From NCBI GenBank assembly GCA_937863685.1, contig CALMGM010000005.1, forward strand, positions 1,012,217-1,076,216: 64,000 nt of DNA, given 5' to 3'. Below are positions 44,057-53,969 of this stretch, in pieces. Below the pieces are notes generated by a model that was given only the letters and a program-made list of their open reading frames with translations, was not told where the DNA came from and did no database searches. A program made the position numbers and the translations under genes. How positions within the stretch are numbered: position 1 is the stretch's first letter; every line of letters starts with the position of its first letter. Source of the stretch: an uncultured bacterium (lineage in GTDB: Bacteria > Edwardsbacteria > AC1 > EtOH8).

Positions 44057-45238
44057 ATGCCTCCCACCAAACGCGACTATTACGAAATACTGGGCATTCC
44101 CAAGAGCGCCGACGAAAGCCAGATAAAATCGGCCTATCGCTCATTGGCCAAGAAGCACCATCCCGACATGAACCGGGAAAGCCCCAAGGAGGCCGAGGAG
44201 AAGTTCAAGGAGCTGTCCGAGGCCTACGAGGTGCTGATGGACAAGAAGAAACGGGCCAACTACGACCAGTTCGGCCATGCCGGGGTGGATCCCAGCTTCG
44301 GGGCCGGTGGCTTCGACTTCCGGCGCGACTTCACCCACAGCGAGGATATTCAGGACATCTTCGGCTCAATGTTCGGCGGGGGCGGGGGCGGGTCTATTTT
44401 CGACATGCTGTTCGGCGGCGGGATGGGCGGGGCAACCCGCACCCGGGGCGGACGGCAGGTGCGGCGGGGAGGCGATCTCAACGTTCACTTGGCCCTGACC
44501 TTGGAGGAGATCGCCACCGGGGTGGAGAAGACCCTTCAGCTGAAAAGATTCGAGAGCTGCTCCGAGTGCCACGGCGAGGGAGCCAAGTCCGGGGCCGACA
44601 TCAAGGAATGCCCCACCTGCAAGGGAGCTGGCGAGGTGCGGCAGGTGTCGCGCTCCATGTTCGGGCAGTTCATCAACGTGGGAGCCTGCCCGCAGTGCGG
44701 CGGGGAGGGCAAGATCATCAGCAATCCCTGTCCCTCCTGCAAGGGCGAGGGCCGGGTCAAGAAAGAGGCCACCATCAAGGTCAAGGTTCCGGCCGGGGTG
44801 GCCAACGGCAACTACATCCCCCTGCGCAGCCAGGGAAACATCGGCCCCAAGCTGGGTCCGGCCGGCGATATTCTGGTCTACATCGAAGAGAAGGAGCATC
44901 CGCTGTTCCACCGCCACGGCGACGATCTGGTGCTGGCCCTGCCCATCTCCTATTCCCAGGCCGCGCTGGGGGCCAAGGTGACGGTGCCAATGCTGTCCGG
45001 CAAGGCCGAACTATCCGTTCCCTCGGGCACCAGATCCGGCAAGATATTCCGGATGCGGGGCAAGGGCCTGCCGCGATTGAACTCCAGCGGCAGCGGCGAC
45101 CAGTTGATCCGGGTGGAGATATACATTCCGAATAAATTAAACGCCGAAGAAAAGAAAATATTGAAACAGCTGGGGGAGATTCAGAACGGCAAGGTGCCCA
45201 GCCCTCATAAACTGGATTTAGAGAACGAGAATCAGTAG
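44057..45238 (+). CDS. dnaJ: Co-chaperone DnaJ
   Basis: J-domain DYYEILG...HHPD, a G/F-rich linker and four CxxCxGxG zinc motifs ([32 protein letters not shown]). Confidence 0.95.
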   Translation: MPPTKRDYYEILGIPKSADESQIKSAYRSLAKKHHPDMNRESPKEAEEKFKELSEAYEVLMDKKKRANYDQFGHAGVDPSFGAGGFDFRRDFTHSEDIQDIFGSMFGGGGGGSIFDMLFGGGMGGATRTRGGRQVRRGGDLNVHLALTLEEIATGVEKTLQLKRFESCSECHGEGAKSGADIKECPTCKGAGEVRQVSRSMFGQFINVGACPQCGGEGKIISNPCPSCKGEGRVKKEATIKVKVPAGVANGNYIPLRSQGNIGPKLGPAGDILVYIEEKEHPLFHRHGDDLVLALPISYSQAALGAKVTVPMLSGKAELSVPSGTRSGKIFRMRGKGLPRLNSSGSGDQLIRVEIYIPNKLNAEEKKILKQLGEIQNGKVPSPHKLDLENENQ

Positions 45239-45273
45239 GCAGGTTGGTAAAAACGAAAACGAAAAGGTAATGG

Positions 45274-46539
45274 ATGTGGAAAAATTATAAATCAAAAGAT
45301 ATCTATTTTTTAAATCTTTTGATAATAATTATTTATTGCATTGTTCTTGCAAATTTGAAAATCAATATTAGCGATCAAATAATGTTTTCAACACCTGATT
45401 CACAAGAGTATTTGAACGTTAGTAATGAAATTTTTAATTTCTCGGTAACTGAGTTATCTGATAAAAGACCATTTTTATATCCACTACTTATTATGCTTTC
45501 TTATAAACCAATGGGAGTATTTGGCCTTTGGGGGCTACAGTTTTTGTTTTGGCTTGTCTCCATTAACTTAATCTATCTGTCAGTTAAGAGAATAACAGGA
45601 AATAGAAAAATAAGCTTAACGGCAAGTTTAATAATCGCTTTGAATTTATCGTATTTAGCGTTGACGTTACACGGACTTACAGAAGTGACAACTATCTTCT
45701 TATTGTCTTTACTTATCTTCTTTATTTCATTTAATATTGATAAAAAACATACGCTTTTCTTTTTGCATGTTTGTCTACTACTGGTTAGTTTGCTAACGGT
45801 TGTTAAACCCCTTTTCTTTATCCCGGCAATTTTAGTATTATTTGTCATATTGCCGATATTTTATCTGAAACAATACATATCCCGACCGCAATACTTAACT
45901 TGGTTAGTTATCTCTATTGCCCCCTTGTTTTTTCAAATGACAATTATGAAAGCAAAGCATGGGTCTTTCTCTATTTCAAACATAGGTTCAACGACATTCC
46001 GTGCATATATACTCACTCAAGGTTTGTATAAAAACAATTATTCGGTTTTGAATAAACCCAGTTATTATGAGGTACAAAAAAAAGCGCTAAACTTGTCCAG
46101 CATGGAAGCCGCGTCTTATATTCTGAAAAATAAAACGATATTTTTGAATTTATATTTTAATAATATTAAAGAAAATATCAACGCCTCGCCAACCTTTTTA
46201 TTATTTCCAAAGGATTTCGGACATGAGTTGTTTGCTAGATATATGAAAAATGTGAATAGGATATACTATTACTTTCATATCCTTTTTTTTCTTCCAGTCG
46301 TACTGTCAATATTCAGCGTTTTGAGAAGAAAGGAAACGGAATGGCTTGTTCTTATGGTTTTTTCAAGTTTTTTAACCTATTATATTTTGCTTTCCAGCGG
46401 CATTTCTTTTTGGCAAGGAGACAGACTTGTAATATCTTCTTTGCCTATTTGGATATTTCTTTATAGTTTGGTTCTAAAATACATATTTGATAAGGAAAAA
46501 AAGTGCATAATGGCAGGCTACTGCAATTGTCGGAAATAA
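45274..46539 (+). CDS. AT-rich polytopic membrane protein, possibly a GT-C-type (ArnT/PMT-like) glycosyltransferase
   Basis: At least 10 hydrophobic segments. The first loop contains STPDSQEY, reminiscent of the D-x-x-Y / DE loop of GT-C enzymes. The functional call is weak. Confidence 0.4.
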   Translation: MWKNYKSKDIYFLNLLIIIIYCIVLANLKINISDQIMFSTPDSQEYLNVSNEIFNFSVTELSDKRPFLYPLLIMLSYKPMGVFGLWGLQFLFWLVSINLIYLSVKRITGNRKISLTASLIIALNLSYLALTLHGLTEVTTIFLLSLLIFFISFNIDKKHTLFFLHVCLLLVSLLTVVKPLFFIPAILVLFVILPIFYLKQYISRPQYLTWLVISIAPLFFQMTIMKAKHGSFSISNIGSTTFRAYILTQGLYKNNYSVLNKPSYYEVQKKALNLSSMEAASYILKNKTIFLNLYFNNIKENINASPTFLLFPKDFGHELFARYMKNVNRIYYYFHILFFLPVVLSIFSVLRRKETEWLVLMVFSSFLTYYILLSSGISFWQGDRLVISSLPIWIFLYSLVLKYIFDKEKKCIMAGYCNCRK

Positions 46540-46967
46540 GCAAAAATATATTTTGGTATATCGGTATAATGGTATGTATCAATAACGTAGATACAGCCAA
46601 TTAACAAACCGATAATCGTTGCGGCAAGGTGCCCAGCCCGCACAAGATTGATCTGAGCCGGTTTGAGGAATAAATTTTTTTTGCTTTCTGTTCTTTCTTG
46701 TCGCCAAGAAAGAACCAAAGAAGCGCCGGGGGCTTTGGAACTAACATCATCAAATTGCATTTTGGATTATATAATTTAGCAATATCAATATATGCGCTTA
46801 TTGTCCCTGGCGTCAAGCCGTCAAAGCCCCCGGACCCCAAGGGACCTAAACTTAAAAGTTATATAAAAAAGTGGATGAACTTCATCAAAAATAGATTGCC
46901 TCGTTAGAAATCCGTAATTATCGTCTAGCAATGACATTGGATAAACAAATCATGTTCGGTAAAATAT

Positions 46968-47756
46968 ATGTTTGAATTCTTCTACGTTCCGCCATCCTCC
47001 GTCGAAGCCCGGCAGATAGTGATCTCCGGCGAGGAGGCCCGGCATATCTCCAAGGCCCTGCGGCACAAGAAGGGCGACCAGATCACCGTGGTGGACGGCC
47101 AGGGCGGGGAATACGAATGCACCATTGCCGCCATCTCCGACGGGGCGGTGACTGCCAACATCTTCAACCGGCGGCGCAAGAGCAACGAGACCATCAAGCA
47201 GGTAAGCCTGGCCCAGGCGGTGCCCAAAGGGCAGAGGATGGATTTCGTCATCGAGAAGGGCACCGAGATCGGCCTGCACGCCATCATCCCGCTGATCACC
47301 GAGAACTCGGTGGTCAGGCCGGCCGACGACAAGCCGGGCTTCAACCTGCCGCCCTTAGACGACGACTCCGGGGGCAGCAAGGCCGCCCGCTGGCAGAGGA
47401 TCGCCATCGCCGCCATGAAGCAGTCCCTGCGCTCGGTATTGCCGGCCATCGCCGAGCCGACAGATTTTGCCAAACTATCAGAAAGTTTCAACAACTATGA
47501 CCTACTGTTGATGGCCGATGAGGCCGAAAAGAAGGTCAACCTGGCCGACGTCTTCGCCGGTCTGCCGGAGAACAGGGATATCCGCAAAGTACTGTGCCTG
47601 GTGGGGCCGGAGGGCGGGTTCTCTGCCAATGAAAAGGGGATCATTGCCGAAGCCCGGGGGCATATCATCTCGCTGGGGACCAGAAGGCTGCGCTCGGAGA
47701 CAGCCGGACTGGTGTTGTCCACAGTGGTGTTGGATAGGCTGGGGGAACTGGGATAA
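46968..47756 (+). CDS. rsmE: 16S rRNA (uracil1498-N3)-methyltransferase RsmE
   Basis: N-terminal PUA-like F.V......I.GEEA.H..KALR.K.GD.I.V.DG.G, the middle KG.RMDF.IEK.TE.G and the C-terminal GPEGGF...E......A......LG.R.LR.ETA. Confidence 0.85.
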   Translation: MFEFFYVPPSSVEARQIVISGEEARHISKALRHKKGDQITVVDGQGGEYECTIAAISDGAVTANIFNRRRKSNETIKQVSLAQAVPKGQRMDFVIEKGTEIGLHAIIPLITENSVVRPADDKPGFNLPPLDDDSGGSKAARWQRIAIAAMKQSLRSVLPAIAEPTDFAKLSESFNNYDLLLMADEAEKKVNLADVFAGLPENRDIRKVLCLVGPEGGFSANEKGIIAEARGHIISLGTRRLRSETAGLVLSTVVLDRLGELG

Positions 47757-47757
47757 A

Positions 47758-47796
47758 GACCCCTCCCTTGATCCCTCCCCGAAGCGGAGAGGGAAA
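47758..47796. repeat. CT/GA-rich repeat copy immediately after the rsmE stop
   Basis: gacccctcccttgatccctccccgaagcggagagggaaag. It shares the 13-nt block gacccctcccttg and the 11-nt block ggagagggaaa with the copy at 48384-48421. Confidence 0.6.
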
Positions 47797-47823
47797 GATA
47801 TTTATAATACTTATAAAGGAAGT

Positions 47824-48375
47824 ATGAACTGGATTGACATCATCATCATGATCCTGCTGGCGGTGGCGGTGGGGATCGGATTCAAGAAGGGCCTGGTGCA
47901 GGAGATCGTGGGCATTATCGCTTTGGTCATAGCCTTCTTTCTGGCCCTCAAACTGCATATGATCGCGGCCGCCATGCTGACCAAGATGATCTCCGGTCTG
48001 CCCAAACACATCGCACCGACGGTGGGGTTTGTGACGGTATTCCTGATCGTGTTCCTGGCCATCACCGTCGTGGGCTGGCTGTTGTCAAAAATAATCAAAG
48101 CCACTCCGCTGGACCTGGCCGACAAGATCGGCGGCATGGTCATCGGGCTGGTAAAGGGCGCGCTGATAATATCGGTGATATTGCTGCTGCTAGCGCTGGC
48201 GCCACTGCCCAGGGAATTCAATAGCAAGCTGGACCGCTCGGGCATGATCCGCTCCATCCGCAAGGTGGCCCCGCTGGTCTATGAGAAATCCAAAGGGCTG
48301 TGGCCCAAGGCCCAGAAATTATACCAGGAATTCGAGAAAGCACCAACGCCCAAGAAGGTGGAGGAAGTCATTTAA
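47824..48375 (+). CDS. cvpA: CvpA family membrane protein
   Basis: MNWIDIIIMILLAVAVGIGFKKGLVQEI.G..ALV.AF is the typical CvpA N-terminus, with four TM segments. The ORF-track version (47518) is an artefactual upstream extension. Confidence 0.8.
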   Translation: MNWIDIIIMILLAVAVGIGFKKGLVQEIVGIIALVIAFFLALKLHMIAAAMLTKMISGLPKHIAPTVGFVTVFLIVFLAITVVGWLLSKIIKATPLDLADKIGGMVIGLVKGALIISVILLLLALAPLPREFNSKLDRSGMIRSIRKVAPLVYEKSKGLWPKAQKLYQEFEKAPTPKKVEEVI

Positions 48376-48383
48376 AGCCAAAG

Positions 48384-48450
48384 GACCCCTCCCTTGCCCC
48401 TCCTCCAAAGGGAGAGGGAAATATTTGTAGGGGCATTTCATGAAATGCCC
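48384..48450. repeat. Second CT/GA repeat copy plus a 20-nt perfect palindrome after the cvpA stop
   Basis: gacccctcccttgcccctcctccaaagggagagggaaa (48384-48421), then gggcatttcatgaaatgccc (48431-50). Confidence 0.6.
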
Positions 48451-48472
48451 AAAGGATAATTGTATTAAATAA

Positions 48473-50812
48473 ATGAACGCTCATAGTTTAAAAATATTAG
48501 AATTCAATTTCGTCCTGAAGGCATTGGCCCGCAAGGCAGGCACGCCCTATGGCCGGGAGATGGCACAAAATATTCTGCCTTCCAATTCCCCGGCGGTGAT
48601 CGCCGAACAGCAGGCAATAACAGCCGAGGCCAGGAAAATGCTTGAGGCCGGGATTGGACTTGATTTCGGCAATGTCCAGGATATCCGGCCGGCCCTGGGG
48701 GCGCTGGCCGCCGAGGGCGCTATCATCGAGCCGCTGGATCTTTTGCAGCTGGGAAGGCATCTGGAGGTGGCCCGCCGGATAAAATCCACCATGAGCCTGC
48801 GCAAGGATGACTACCCGCTGTTGGACGGCCTGGCGTCCGATTTCCGGGCCTACAAGGAACTGGAGGACCGGATCGCCAAATCCATCGAGCCCGACGGGCG
48901 GGTGGCCGACCGGGCCAGCGACACCCTTTACCACCTGCGGCGCGACCAGGAGGCCCTGCGGGCAAGGATCTACGACAAGCTGGAAAGTATCATGAACGCC
49001 TCGTCCGGCTCCATCCAGGAATCGGTGGTGACCATGCGGGAGGGCCGCTACGTGATCCCGGTCAAGTCCGACGCCAAGTCGCAGGTCAAGGGCATCGTCC
49101 ATGACACCTCTTCTTCCGGGGCCACGGTATTCGTCGAGCCCTTGGTGTCCGTTGAGCTGAACAACAAGATGCGGCAGGTGATCCTGGCCGAGAAGCGCGA
49201 AGTTGAAAGGATCCTGCAGGAATTCTCCAAAGAAATACTGGATGAGATCGAGCCCATCCAACTAAATCTGGACCTGATCTCGCAGTTCGATCTGCTGGTG
49301 GCCAAGGCCCGTCTGGCCTCCGAATGGCATTGCTCCCAGGCCCTGCACACTCCGGGCAATTTCCTGAAGATGACCGCCGCCCGTCACCCGGCTTTGGAAA
49401 GTCCGGTGCCGCTGGACATGGAGCTGGGCGACGGCAAGCTGACCATGGTGATCACCGGGCCCAATACCGGAGGCAAGACGGTGGTGTTGAAGACCGTCGG
49501 CCTGCTGGTGCTGATGAACCAGTCGGGGATGCAGATCCCGGCCGGAGACGGCAGCTCCCTGCCCATATTCGACGAGGTGTTCGCCGACATCGGCGACGAG
49601 CAGTCCATCTCCCAGTCGCTGTCCACCTTCTCCTCGCACATGCGGCAGATAGGCAACATCGTCCGGGAGGCCGGAAAAAGATCGCTGGTGCTGCTGGATG
49701 AGATCGGGGCCGGCACCGAGCCCTCCGAGGGATCTTCGCTGGCCATCGCCATCCTGTCGAACCTGACCGACAAGGGATGTCTGACCCTCTCCACCACCCA
49801 CTATGGGGCGCTGAAGAGCTTTGTTCAGAGCCGGGAAGGGATGATCAACGCCGCCATGGAATTCGACCGCCAAGCATTAAAGCCCACCTACCGCCTGATG
49901 ATGGGCCTGCCCGGCGCCAGCTACGGGCTGGAGATAGCCTCACGGCTGGGCCTGCCGGAGAGCATCGTGGCCGAGGCCAGGACCAGGCTGGACTCCAAGT
50001 CCATCAAACTGGAGGAGCTGATCTCCGACATCGAGGACACCAAGCGAAGGATGGAGCAGCGGGAGCGGGAAGCCTCCGATCAGCTGGCCACGGCAAAAGA
50101 AATGTCCCAGGAATACGAATCCAAATTGCAGGGACTTAAGGAGGAGCTCAAGGAGCTGAAACAGCAGGCCAAGCAGGAGGCCAGGGACATACTGGCCCAG
50201 GCCCGCAGCGCCTCGGAGATGGCGGTGGCTGGCATCAAGAAGGAACAGGCCTCCAAGGACAGCATCAAACAGGCCCGGAATGTTCTGGCCGACACCGAGA
50301 CCAGGCTGGGCCTGGGTTCCTCCGAGGAGACCAGGGACCAGGACGACCATCTGGCCATAAAGGAGCCTTTGAAAATAGGCCAGACGGTATATGTGCCATC
50401 GGTCCAGAAAGAAGGCGAAATGGTGGCCCTGCCAGATTCGGGGGGGAAGGTCAAGGTCCAGGTGGGCGGCATCCGGATGACCCTGAAGAGTGGCCAGCTG
50501 AGGTCCTTGCAACGAGGCAAAGAAGATAAGGCCGGCCTGGCCCGAACCTCGCTGGAAGAGGAGAGGCATTTCAATTCCGAACTGCACCTGCTGGGAATGC
50601 GAGCCGAGGAATCGCTGGAGTTGTTGGACCGCTACCTGGACGAGGCGATGATGCTGGGAATAAATTCGGTCAGGATAGTGCACGGCAAGGGCGCCGGGGT
50701 GCTGCGCCAAGTGGTCAAGGAGGCGCTGACCAAGGATTCCCGGGTAAAATCATTCCGACTGGGGGAGTGGAACGAGGGACAGGACGGGGTGACGGTGGTG
50801 GAACTGAAATAA
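48473..50812 (+). CDS. mutS2: Endonuclease MutS2 (MutS domain V ATPase plus C-terminal Smr)
   Basis: Walker A ITGPNTGGKT, LLDEIGAGTEP, a long coiled-coil linker and the Smr domain LHLLGMR.EE....LD.YLD.A.......VRIVHGKGAGVLR. Confidence 0.92.
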   Translation: MNAHSLKILEFNFVLKALARKAGTPYGREMAQNILPSNSPAVIAEQQAITAEARKMLEAGIGLDFGNVQDIRPALGALAAEGAIIEPLDLLQLGRHLEVARRIKSTMSLRKDDYPLLDGLASDFRAYKELEDRIAKSIEPDGRVADRASDTLYHLRRDQEALRARIYDKLESIMNASSGSIQESVVTMREGRYVIPVKSDAKSQVKGIVHDTSSSGATVFVEPLVSVELNNKMRQVILAEKREVERILQEFSKEILDEIEPIQLNLDLISQFDLLVAKARLASEWHCSQALHTPGNFLKMTAARHPALESPVPLDMELGDGKLTMVITGPNTGGKTVVLKTVGLLVLMNQSGMQIPAGDGSSLPIFDEVFADIGDEQSISQSLSTFSSHMRQIGNIVREAGKRSLVLLDEIGAGTEPSEGSSLAIAILSNLTDKGCLTLSTTHYGALKSFVQSREGMINAAMEFDRQALKPTYRLMMGLPGASYGLEIASRLGLPESIVAEARTRLDSKSIKLEELISDIEDTKRRMEQREREASDQLATAKEMSQEYESKLQGLKEELKELKQQAKQEARDILAQARSASEMAVAGIKKEQASKDSIKQARNVLADTETRLGLGSSEETRDQDDHLAIKEPLKIGQTVYVPSVQKEGEMVALPDSGGKVKVQVGGIRMTLKSGQLRSLQRGKEDKAGLARTSLEEERHFNSELHLLGMRAEESLELLDRYLDEAMMLGINSVRIVHGKGAGVLRQVVKEALTKDSRVKSFRLGEWNEGQDGVTVVELK

Positions 50813-50973
50813 AAAACAGATGTTTGGATGTTAAGAAGATGAGAAGCTGAAATTCAGGGTGTAAAGCAAGAAGTTGTTTTAAATCCGTGTTTATCCGTGG
50901 CCAAAAATATTAAATCATCAGCATTTATCACGATATTTAAATTCCAAGATAGAAAACCTAATCGAAGGCAACC

Positions 50974-52098
50974 ATGCCAGTACAGATCAAAGAGGTGACA
51001 ACCAAGGCGGACCTGAAAAGGTTCGTGGAATTTCCCTTTTCCATCTACCGGGACAACCGGAATTGGATTCCGCCCCTGCTGATGGACGAGTATCACACCC
51101 TGCGCCAGGAGAAGAATCCCGCCTTCGAATATTGCGACGCCAAATACTGGCTGGCCTATAAGGACGGCCAACTGGCCGGACGAATCGCCGGGATCGTCAA
51201 CCAGCGCTACATCGAAAAATGGGGCAACAAATTCGCCCGCTTCGGCTGGGTGGATTTTATCGACGATGCCGAGGTGGTCAAGGCCCTGTTCGATACCGCC
51301 GAAGGCTGGGCTAAAGCTCAGGGAATGGCCGGTATTCACGGGCCGTTGGGCTTCACCGACATGGACCACGAGGGGATGCTGGTGGAGGGTTTCGACGAGC
51401 TGGGCACCTTGGCGGCCATCTACAACCATCCCTACTATCTCCGGCAGTTGGAAAAGCTGGGATATAAAAAGGACGTGGACTGGGTGGAGTTCGAGGTCAA
51501 GGTTCCCAAAGAGATCCCTGAGAAGGCCGACAGAATCGCCAAGATCGTGATGCAGAAGACGGGGGTCAAAGTACTGGAAGCCAAAAAAGCCAAGGACCTG
51601 CTGCCCTACGCCCACGAGATGTTCGAGGTGCTGAACAGCGCCTTTGCCCCCATTTACGCCTTTGTGCCGCTGAACGAAAAACAGATCGCCATGTACATCA
51701 AGCAGTACTTTTCGTTCATCATGCCGGATTACACCAAGATCCTGCTGGACTCCAACAATAAAGTGGCCGGGTTCGTGATCGGCATGCCCTCGCTGTCGCG
51801 CGCCCTGCAGAAGTCCAAAGGACGGTTATTCCCCTTCGGGTTCATTCATCTGTTGCAAGCCGTCAGCAAGAAGAACAAACAGATAGACCTGTATCTGGGG
51901 GCCATCCGGCCCGACCTGCAGGGCAAGGGGGCCGATGCCCTGCTGATGACCGAGATGTGCCGCTCGGCCATGAAGAACGGGGTGGTCTCGGCTGAGACCA
52001 ATATCGAATTGGAGGAGAACGTCAAGGTTCAGAGCCACTGGAAGTATTTCGAATCCCGCCAGCACAAGCGGAGAAGGTGTTATATAAAACAGCTGTAA
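50974..52098 (+). CDS. Hypothetical protein, probably a GNAT-related acyltransferase fold
   Basis: The N-terminal pattern K.F..FP..IY..N..W.PPL..D resembles proteins I recall being annotated as N-acetyltransferases. I could identify no clear acetyl-CoA motif by eye. Confidence 0.45.
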   Translation: MPVQIKEVTTKADLKRFVEFPFSIYRDNRNWIPPLLMDEYHTLRQEKNPAFEYCDAKYWLAYKDGQLAGRIAGIVNQRYIEKWGNKFARFGWVDFIDDAEVVKALFDTAEGWAKAQGMAGIHGPLGFTDMDHEGMLVEGFDELGTLAAIYNHPYYLRQLEKLGYKKDVDWVEFEVKVPKEIPEKADRIAKIVMQKTGVKVLEAKKAKDLLPYAHEMFEVLNSAFAPIYAFVPLNEKQIAMYIKQYFSFIMPDYTKILLDSNNKVAGFVIGMPSLSRALQKSKGRLFPFGFIHLLQAVSKKNKQIDLYLGAIRPDLQGKGADALLMTEMCRSAMKNGVVSAETNIELEENVKVQSHWKYFESRQHKRRRCYIKQL

Positions 52099-52129
52099 AT
52101 AACAATAACTGTTTTAAAAAGAGAAAATT

Positions 52130-52834
52130 ATGTTAACCAAAAAGTGGTCATGGGTAATATATTCGTTATTGTTATTCTTCTTATCATGTCAACCATATAT
52201 TAGGCCGAGTTATTGGTGCGAACTAAATGATATAAAAAATGATAGTTTTAAAATAAGTGTTAAGCGTAACATAAACAGTGATTCTGATTCTATTCTAATC
52301 GCTAAGGCTGAGGGGAATTATCCTGATATAACCACCATTACTACTTCTTGGTATAACAGAGACAGTTCAATTGGAACGTGGTGGTATGAAAAGTTCGATG
52401 ATGTAAATATACCTTGGGCAATAACAGACAGTTCTGTGAAATATTATGTAGATTTTGTTACAAACGCAATGCATCCAGTAATTTCCTTTGGCGGAAGATT
52501 AGAGCCAGTCGGGGCAAGTTTGGTATATGATGCAAAAGTGGCCTTTTACGAGGAATATGTTCAAACCATTTGGGTAACAAATAAAAAAGACACCCTGGTT
52601 GAACGTATTGATACAATATACTATTGGTATAATCCTGCAGATACGATATGGTGGGAAAAAATATCTACAAAATTTCATAATGTATCTGTTGTAACCATGA
52701 TACTTGATTTTGATGCTGGTTGGGGACCACTTGCTGCCGTAGGCTTTACAAAGCCAAGGATCACAATATTTGATGAAAATGGCAAGATACTTCGAGTTTA
52801 TGGTGATGGCAAGACGGGGTATTGGGTTAGCTGA
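52130..52834 (+). CDS. AT-rich hypothetical lipoprotein
   Basis: VIYSLLLFFLSC lipobox-like N-terminus, Trp/Tyr-rich sequence and no recognised motif. Confidence 0.5.
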   Translation: MLTKKWSWVIYSLLLFFLSCQPYIRPSYWCELNDIKNDSFKISVKRNINSDSDSILIAKAEGNYPDITTITTSWYNRDSSIGTWWYEKFDDVNIPWAITDSSVKYYVDFVTNAMHPVISFGGRLEPVGASLVYDAKVAFYEEYVQTIWVTNKKDTLVERIDTIYYWYNPADTIWWEKISTKFHNVSVVTMILDFDAGWGPLAAVGFTKPRITIFDENGKILRVYGDGKTGYWVS

Positions 52835-52848
52835 TAGTTGATGAACCA

Positions 52849-53148
52849 ATGATGAGCGGGATTGATAAAGATTTGATCAGGGAACTGCAAACCATCCCCG
52901 GAGTCGGGCCCAGCATCGCCCGGGACCTGCACCAGCTGGGGATCCGCAAAGTATCCGATCTCAAAGGCCGGGACCCGGAGAGGATGTACCTTCAGACTTG
53001 CAACAAGGCCGGAAAACAGATCGACCGCTGTCTGCTCTACGTATACCGCTGTGCGGTCTATTATGCTTCGAACAAAAAACACGATCCAAAACTTTTAAAA
53101 TGGTGGAATTGGAAGGATGGGATTGTCGGTAATCAAAAAAGGAAATGA
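52849..53148 (+). CDS. Helix-hairpin-helix protein (Cdd1 / pathogenicity-locus family-like)
   Basis: LQTIPGVGPSIARDLHQLGIRKVSDLKGRDPE.MY forms an HhH motif. The approximately 99-aa size fits the family as I recall it. Confidence 0.6.
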   Translation: MMSGIDKDLIRELQTIPGVGPSIARDLHQLGIRKVSDLKGRDPERMYLQTCNKAGKQIDRCLLYVYRCAVYYASNKKHDPKLLKWWNWKDGIVGNQKRK

Positions 53149-53560
53149 CCCGGTGGCCGTTCGCACCTCCGATCCCGACTGGCTGGACAAGGCTTTGAAA
53201 GCCTACCGCTGCCGGACGCCTTTCCATTTTACCGATGATGCCGGTTTGGGGGTCACCGAGAACGATCTGGTGTCGGCGGTGGCCCTGATCCGCCGGGCCA
53301 AGCAGTCCGGCAAGATGAGCTGGAAGGATATCTCCCAGATCATGACCGGGATGGGCCTGTCCGGCGTGGGGATCTGGCTGATAGCCGCCTCCATTGCCGA
53401 TCCCGAGCCCACCAGCAAGCTGTGGATCCTTTTGGCCGGCGGGGTGGTGCTGATAACCACCGGGGGCCTCAGCATTCTGAAAGCTTTGGGACAGAAATGG
53501 CAGGTGCACGCCAAATACGGGAAGCAGGAGATAATGGTCAAGCCGGGGGATGATAATTAA
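53117..53560 (+). CDS. Hypothetical protein with two C-terminal TM helices
   Basis: The ORF overlaps the preceding gene by 32 nt. It has the hydrophobic segments GLSGVGIWLIAASIA and LWILLAGGVVLITTGGLSIL. The start is uncertain. Confidence 0.4.
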   Translation: MGLSVIKKGNDPVAVRTSDPDWLDKALKAYRCRTPFHFTDDAGLGVTENDLVSAVALIRRAKQSGKMSWKDISQIMTGMGLSGVGIWLIAASIADPEPTSKLWILLAGGVVLITTGGLSILKALGQKWQVHAKYGKQEIMVKPGDDN

Positions 53561-53647
53561 AATATAACCAACAATAATCTATAAACTTAGCATTATGTCT
53601 TATGGGGATGTAAACCAATCACAATCATTATATATTGAGGAGAGACG

Positions 53648-53941
53648 ATGAATTTATTTGCAGGAAACCTGGCCAAGGAAATGACAGAAGCCGAACTTAA
53701 GGAGGTCTTTGAGAAGTTCGGCCAGGTGACCTCGGTGGCCATGGTGATGGACAGATACAGCGGCCAGCCCCGCGGTTTTGCCTTTGTGGAGATGCCGGTA
53801 AAATCGGAGGCCCTGGCGGCCATAGACAACCTGAACGGCCGGGTGGCCCTCAAGGGCAAGGCCATATTCGTCAAAGAGGCCCGCCCCCAGGAGAAGGGCC
53901 ACGGAGGGCATCGTCCTTCGAATCGCAATAAAAGAAGATAA
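53648..53941 (+). CDS. RRM-type RNA-binding protein
   Basis: RNP2 LFAGNL and RNP1 RGFAFVEM in a 97-aa protein with a basic tail. A gaggagag RBS lies upstream. Confidence 0.85.
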   Translation: MNLFAGNLAKEMTEAELKEVFEKFGQVTSVAMVMDRYSGQPRGFAFVEMPVKSEALAAIDNLNGRVALKGKAIFVKEARPQEKGHGGHRPSNRNKRR

Positions 53942-53969
53942 CCAAGTAATATAAATATTGCAGGTTGAT

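Noticed and set aside
46540-46967. RNase P RNA, tmRNA or 6S RNA in the large AT-rich gap.
   Set aside because: I could not find the universal RNase P P4 sequence (GAGGAAAGUCCGGGC-like), a tmRNA tRNA-like acceptor/T-arm, or an alanine-tag reading frame. 6S cannot be excluded by eye, but nothing positive supports it. The tract is kept only as a low-interest finding.
47518-47823. N-terminal 102 residues of the ORF-track version of cvpA.
   Set aside because: This part overlaps the 3' end of rsmE out of frame and runs through the intergenic repeat. The CvpA-typical N-terminus starts at MNWIDII (47824).
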